Origin: Trypanosoma brucei
Taxonomy: Eukaryota
Assembly: GCA_000002445.1 (NCBI GenBank)
Contig: CP000070.1
Span: forward strand, 768,001-832,000
Length of the DNA stretch: 64,000 nt
Reading direction: 5' to 3'
Shown here: piece by piece, positions 63,325 to 64,000 of the stretch
Numbering within the stretch: the first letter of the stretch is position 1
How the letters are laid out: each line of letters begins with the position of its first letter
Program-made: the position numbers and the translations under genes
The notes under the pieces: model-generated
What the model saw: only the letters and a program-made list of their open reading frames with translations
The model's database searches: none
Told to the model about the DNA's origin: nothing

Positions 63325-64000
63325 GATGGATGGACAGCGTGCAACAAAGGGAGTGGGACATGCCAGTGATTGGGCAGAACTTCGCCGCGCCCTCTTTAAT
63401 GTTCACCTGTTGCTAGCACTTCAAGAGGGCAGTGTGACACAACCACCGGGGGAAGAGAAGGTCGTAGCGAGTAGGGAGGCATCGCAACCGTTGTTGGAGC
63501 GTGGCTGTGGCATGAATCGGGTTCAGAGCGTCTCGCTCATGACGCTGGAGTTGGAAGATAGTACGGATGCGCTTCATTCCCAATGCTTAGAGAAACATGA
63601 GGAAAAGAGGGGCGTATGTCGTGCCCTTCCGCTTCCGCCGCTTCGATGGGCTGTTCCATCGCATCAGCAGCGTCTCGCGGCCTTGGAAAAGGAAAGGCGG
63701 CGGCGACAAAGGAAAAATGCCGCGGCAGAAGGGAAACTAAACATGTTGGGAAACACTCTTGGGAGTGGTGATACGCGGCAGCCGTCCTCCATTACTGGAA
63801 GTAGCGCAACTGCAAAGGTAATGGAATTGGATAAAAACGTAATGAAAGAGGATCTTCAGGATGGAACTGCGTCGCCCGCTCATTCAACTCGATCGTCCCT
63901 GACGAGAACCGGTGACCACAGCGAATGTGAGAGCTCGCAGGATACATACACAGCTGCTTTCGCGTCCGTGGACGATCACTGTCCTCGAGAGATGCCTTCG
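63325..64000 (+). CDS. Partial CDS (N-terminal 225 codons; continues beyond the window), hypothetical
   Basis: An ATG at 63325 opens a frame with no stop through the window end (MDGQRATKGVGHASDWAELRRALFNVHLLLALQEG...). It is same-strand as all other genes and has a charged/coiled segment (LAALEKERRRRQRKNAAAEGK). Confidence 0.45.

Noticed and set aside
1-64000. Search for tRNA genes, CRISPR arrays, transposases/integrases, prokaryotic defence or toxin-antitoxin modules
   Set aside because: I found no tRNA B-box (GGTTCGANTCC) or cloverleaf candidates. The repeats are simple microsatellites, not repeat-spacer arrays. No recombinase-like ORFs are present. The eukaryotic gene content makes prokaryotic system models inapplicable.

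Overview
This window reads as nuclear chromosomal DNA from a kinetoplastid, most likely a Trypanosoma species. It is not a prokaryotic locus. I found about 20 intron-less protein-coding genes, all on the + strand. They are separated by 0.5-2 kb gaps rich in polypyrimidine tracts and in (TA)n, (TG)n and (CA)n microsatellites. That layout is the typical picture of a single trypanosomatid polycistronic transcription unit, in which each mRNA is defined by trans-splicing and polyadenylation. Products I could recognise are listed below with their evidence.

- A cytoplasmic dynein-1-type heavy chain of about 5,290 aa with all four AAA+ P-loops.
- An Sm core protein (SmD1).
- A clathrin-adaptor mu subunit.
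- A Sec14/CRAL-TRIO protein.
- A Kelch/BTB protein with an LZTR1-like domain order.
- An SLC35B/UAA-type nucleotide-sugar transporter.
- An MFS transporter.
- A PhnP-like metallo-beta-lactamase-fold hydrolase.
- A ChaC-like gamma-glutamylcyclotransferase.
- An RS-rich RNA-binding protein with a CHHC-like zinc knuckle.
- Two kinase-like genes whose catalytic motifs are degenerate, so they are probably pseudokinases.
- Several lineage-specific hypothetical proteins.

I found no tRNA, rRNA, CRISPR or prokaryotic-style mobile or defence elements.

The supplied ORF track accepts GTG and TTG as start codons. Where that happened I moved the start to the first in-frame ATG; the affected track coordinates are 1995, 20663, 25578, 29402, 33911, 54135, 56704 and 58341. 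All minus-strand ORFs in the track lie antisense to strong + strand genes or translate microsatellites, and I treat them as shadow ORFs. I have no database access, so every family assignment rests on motif recognition and would need a BLAST/HMM search to confirm.
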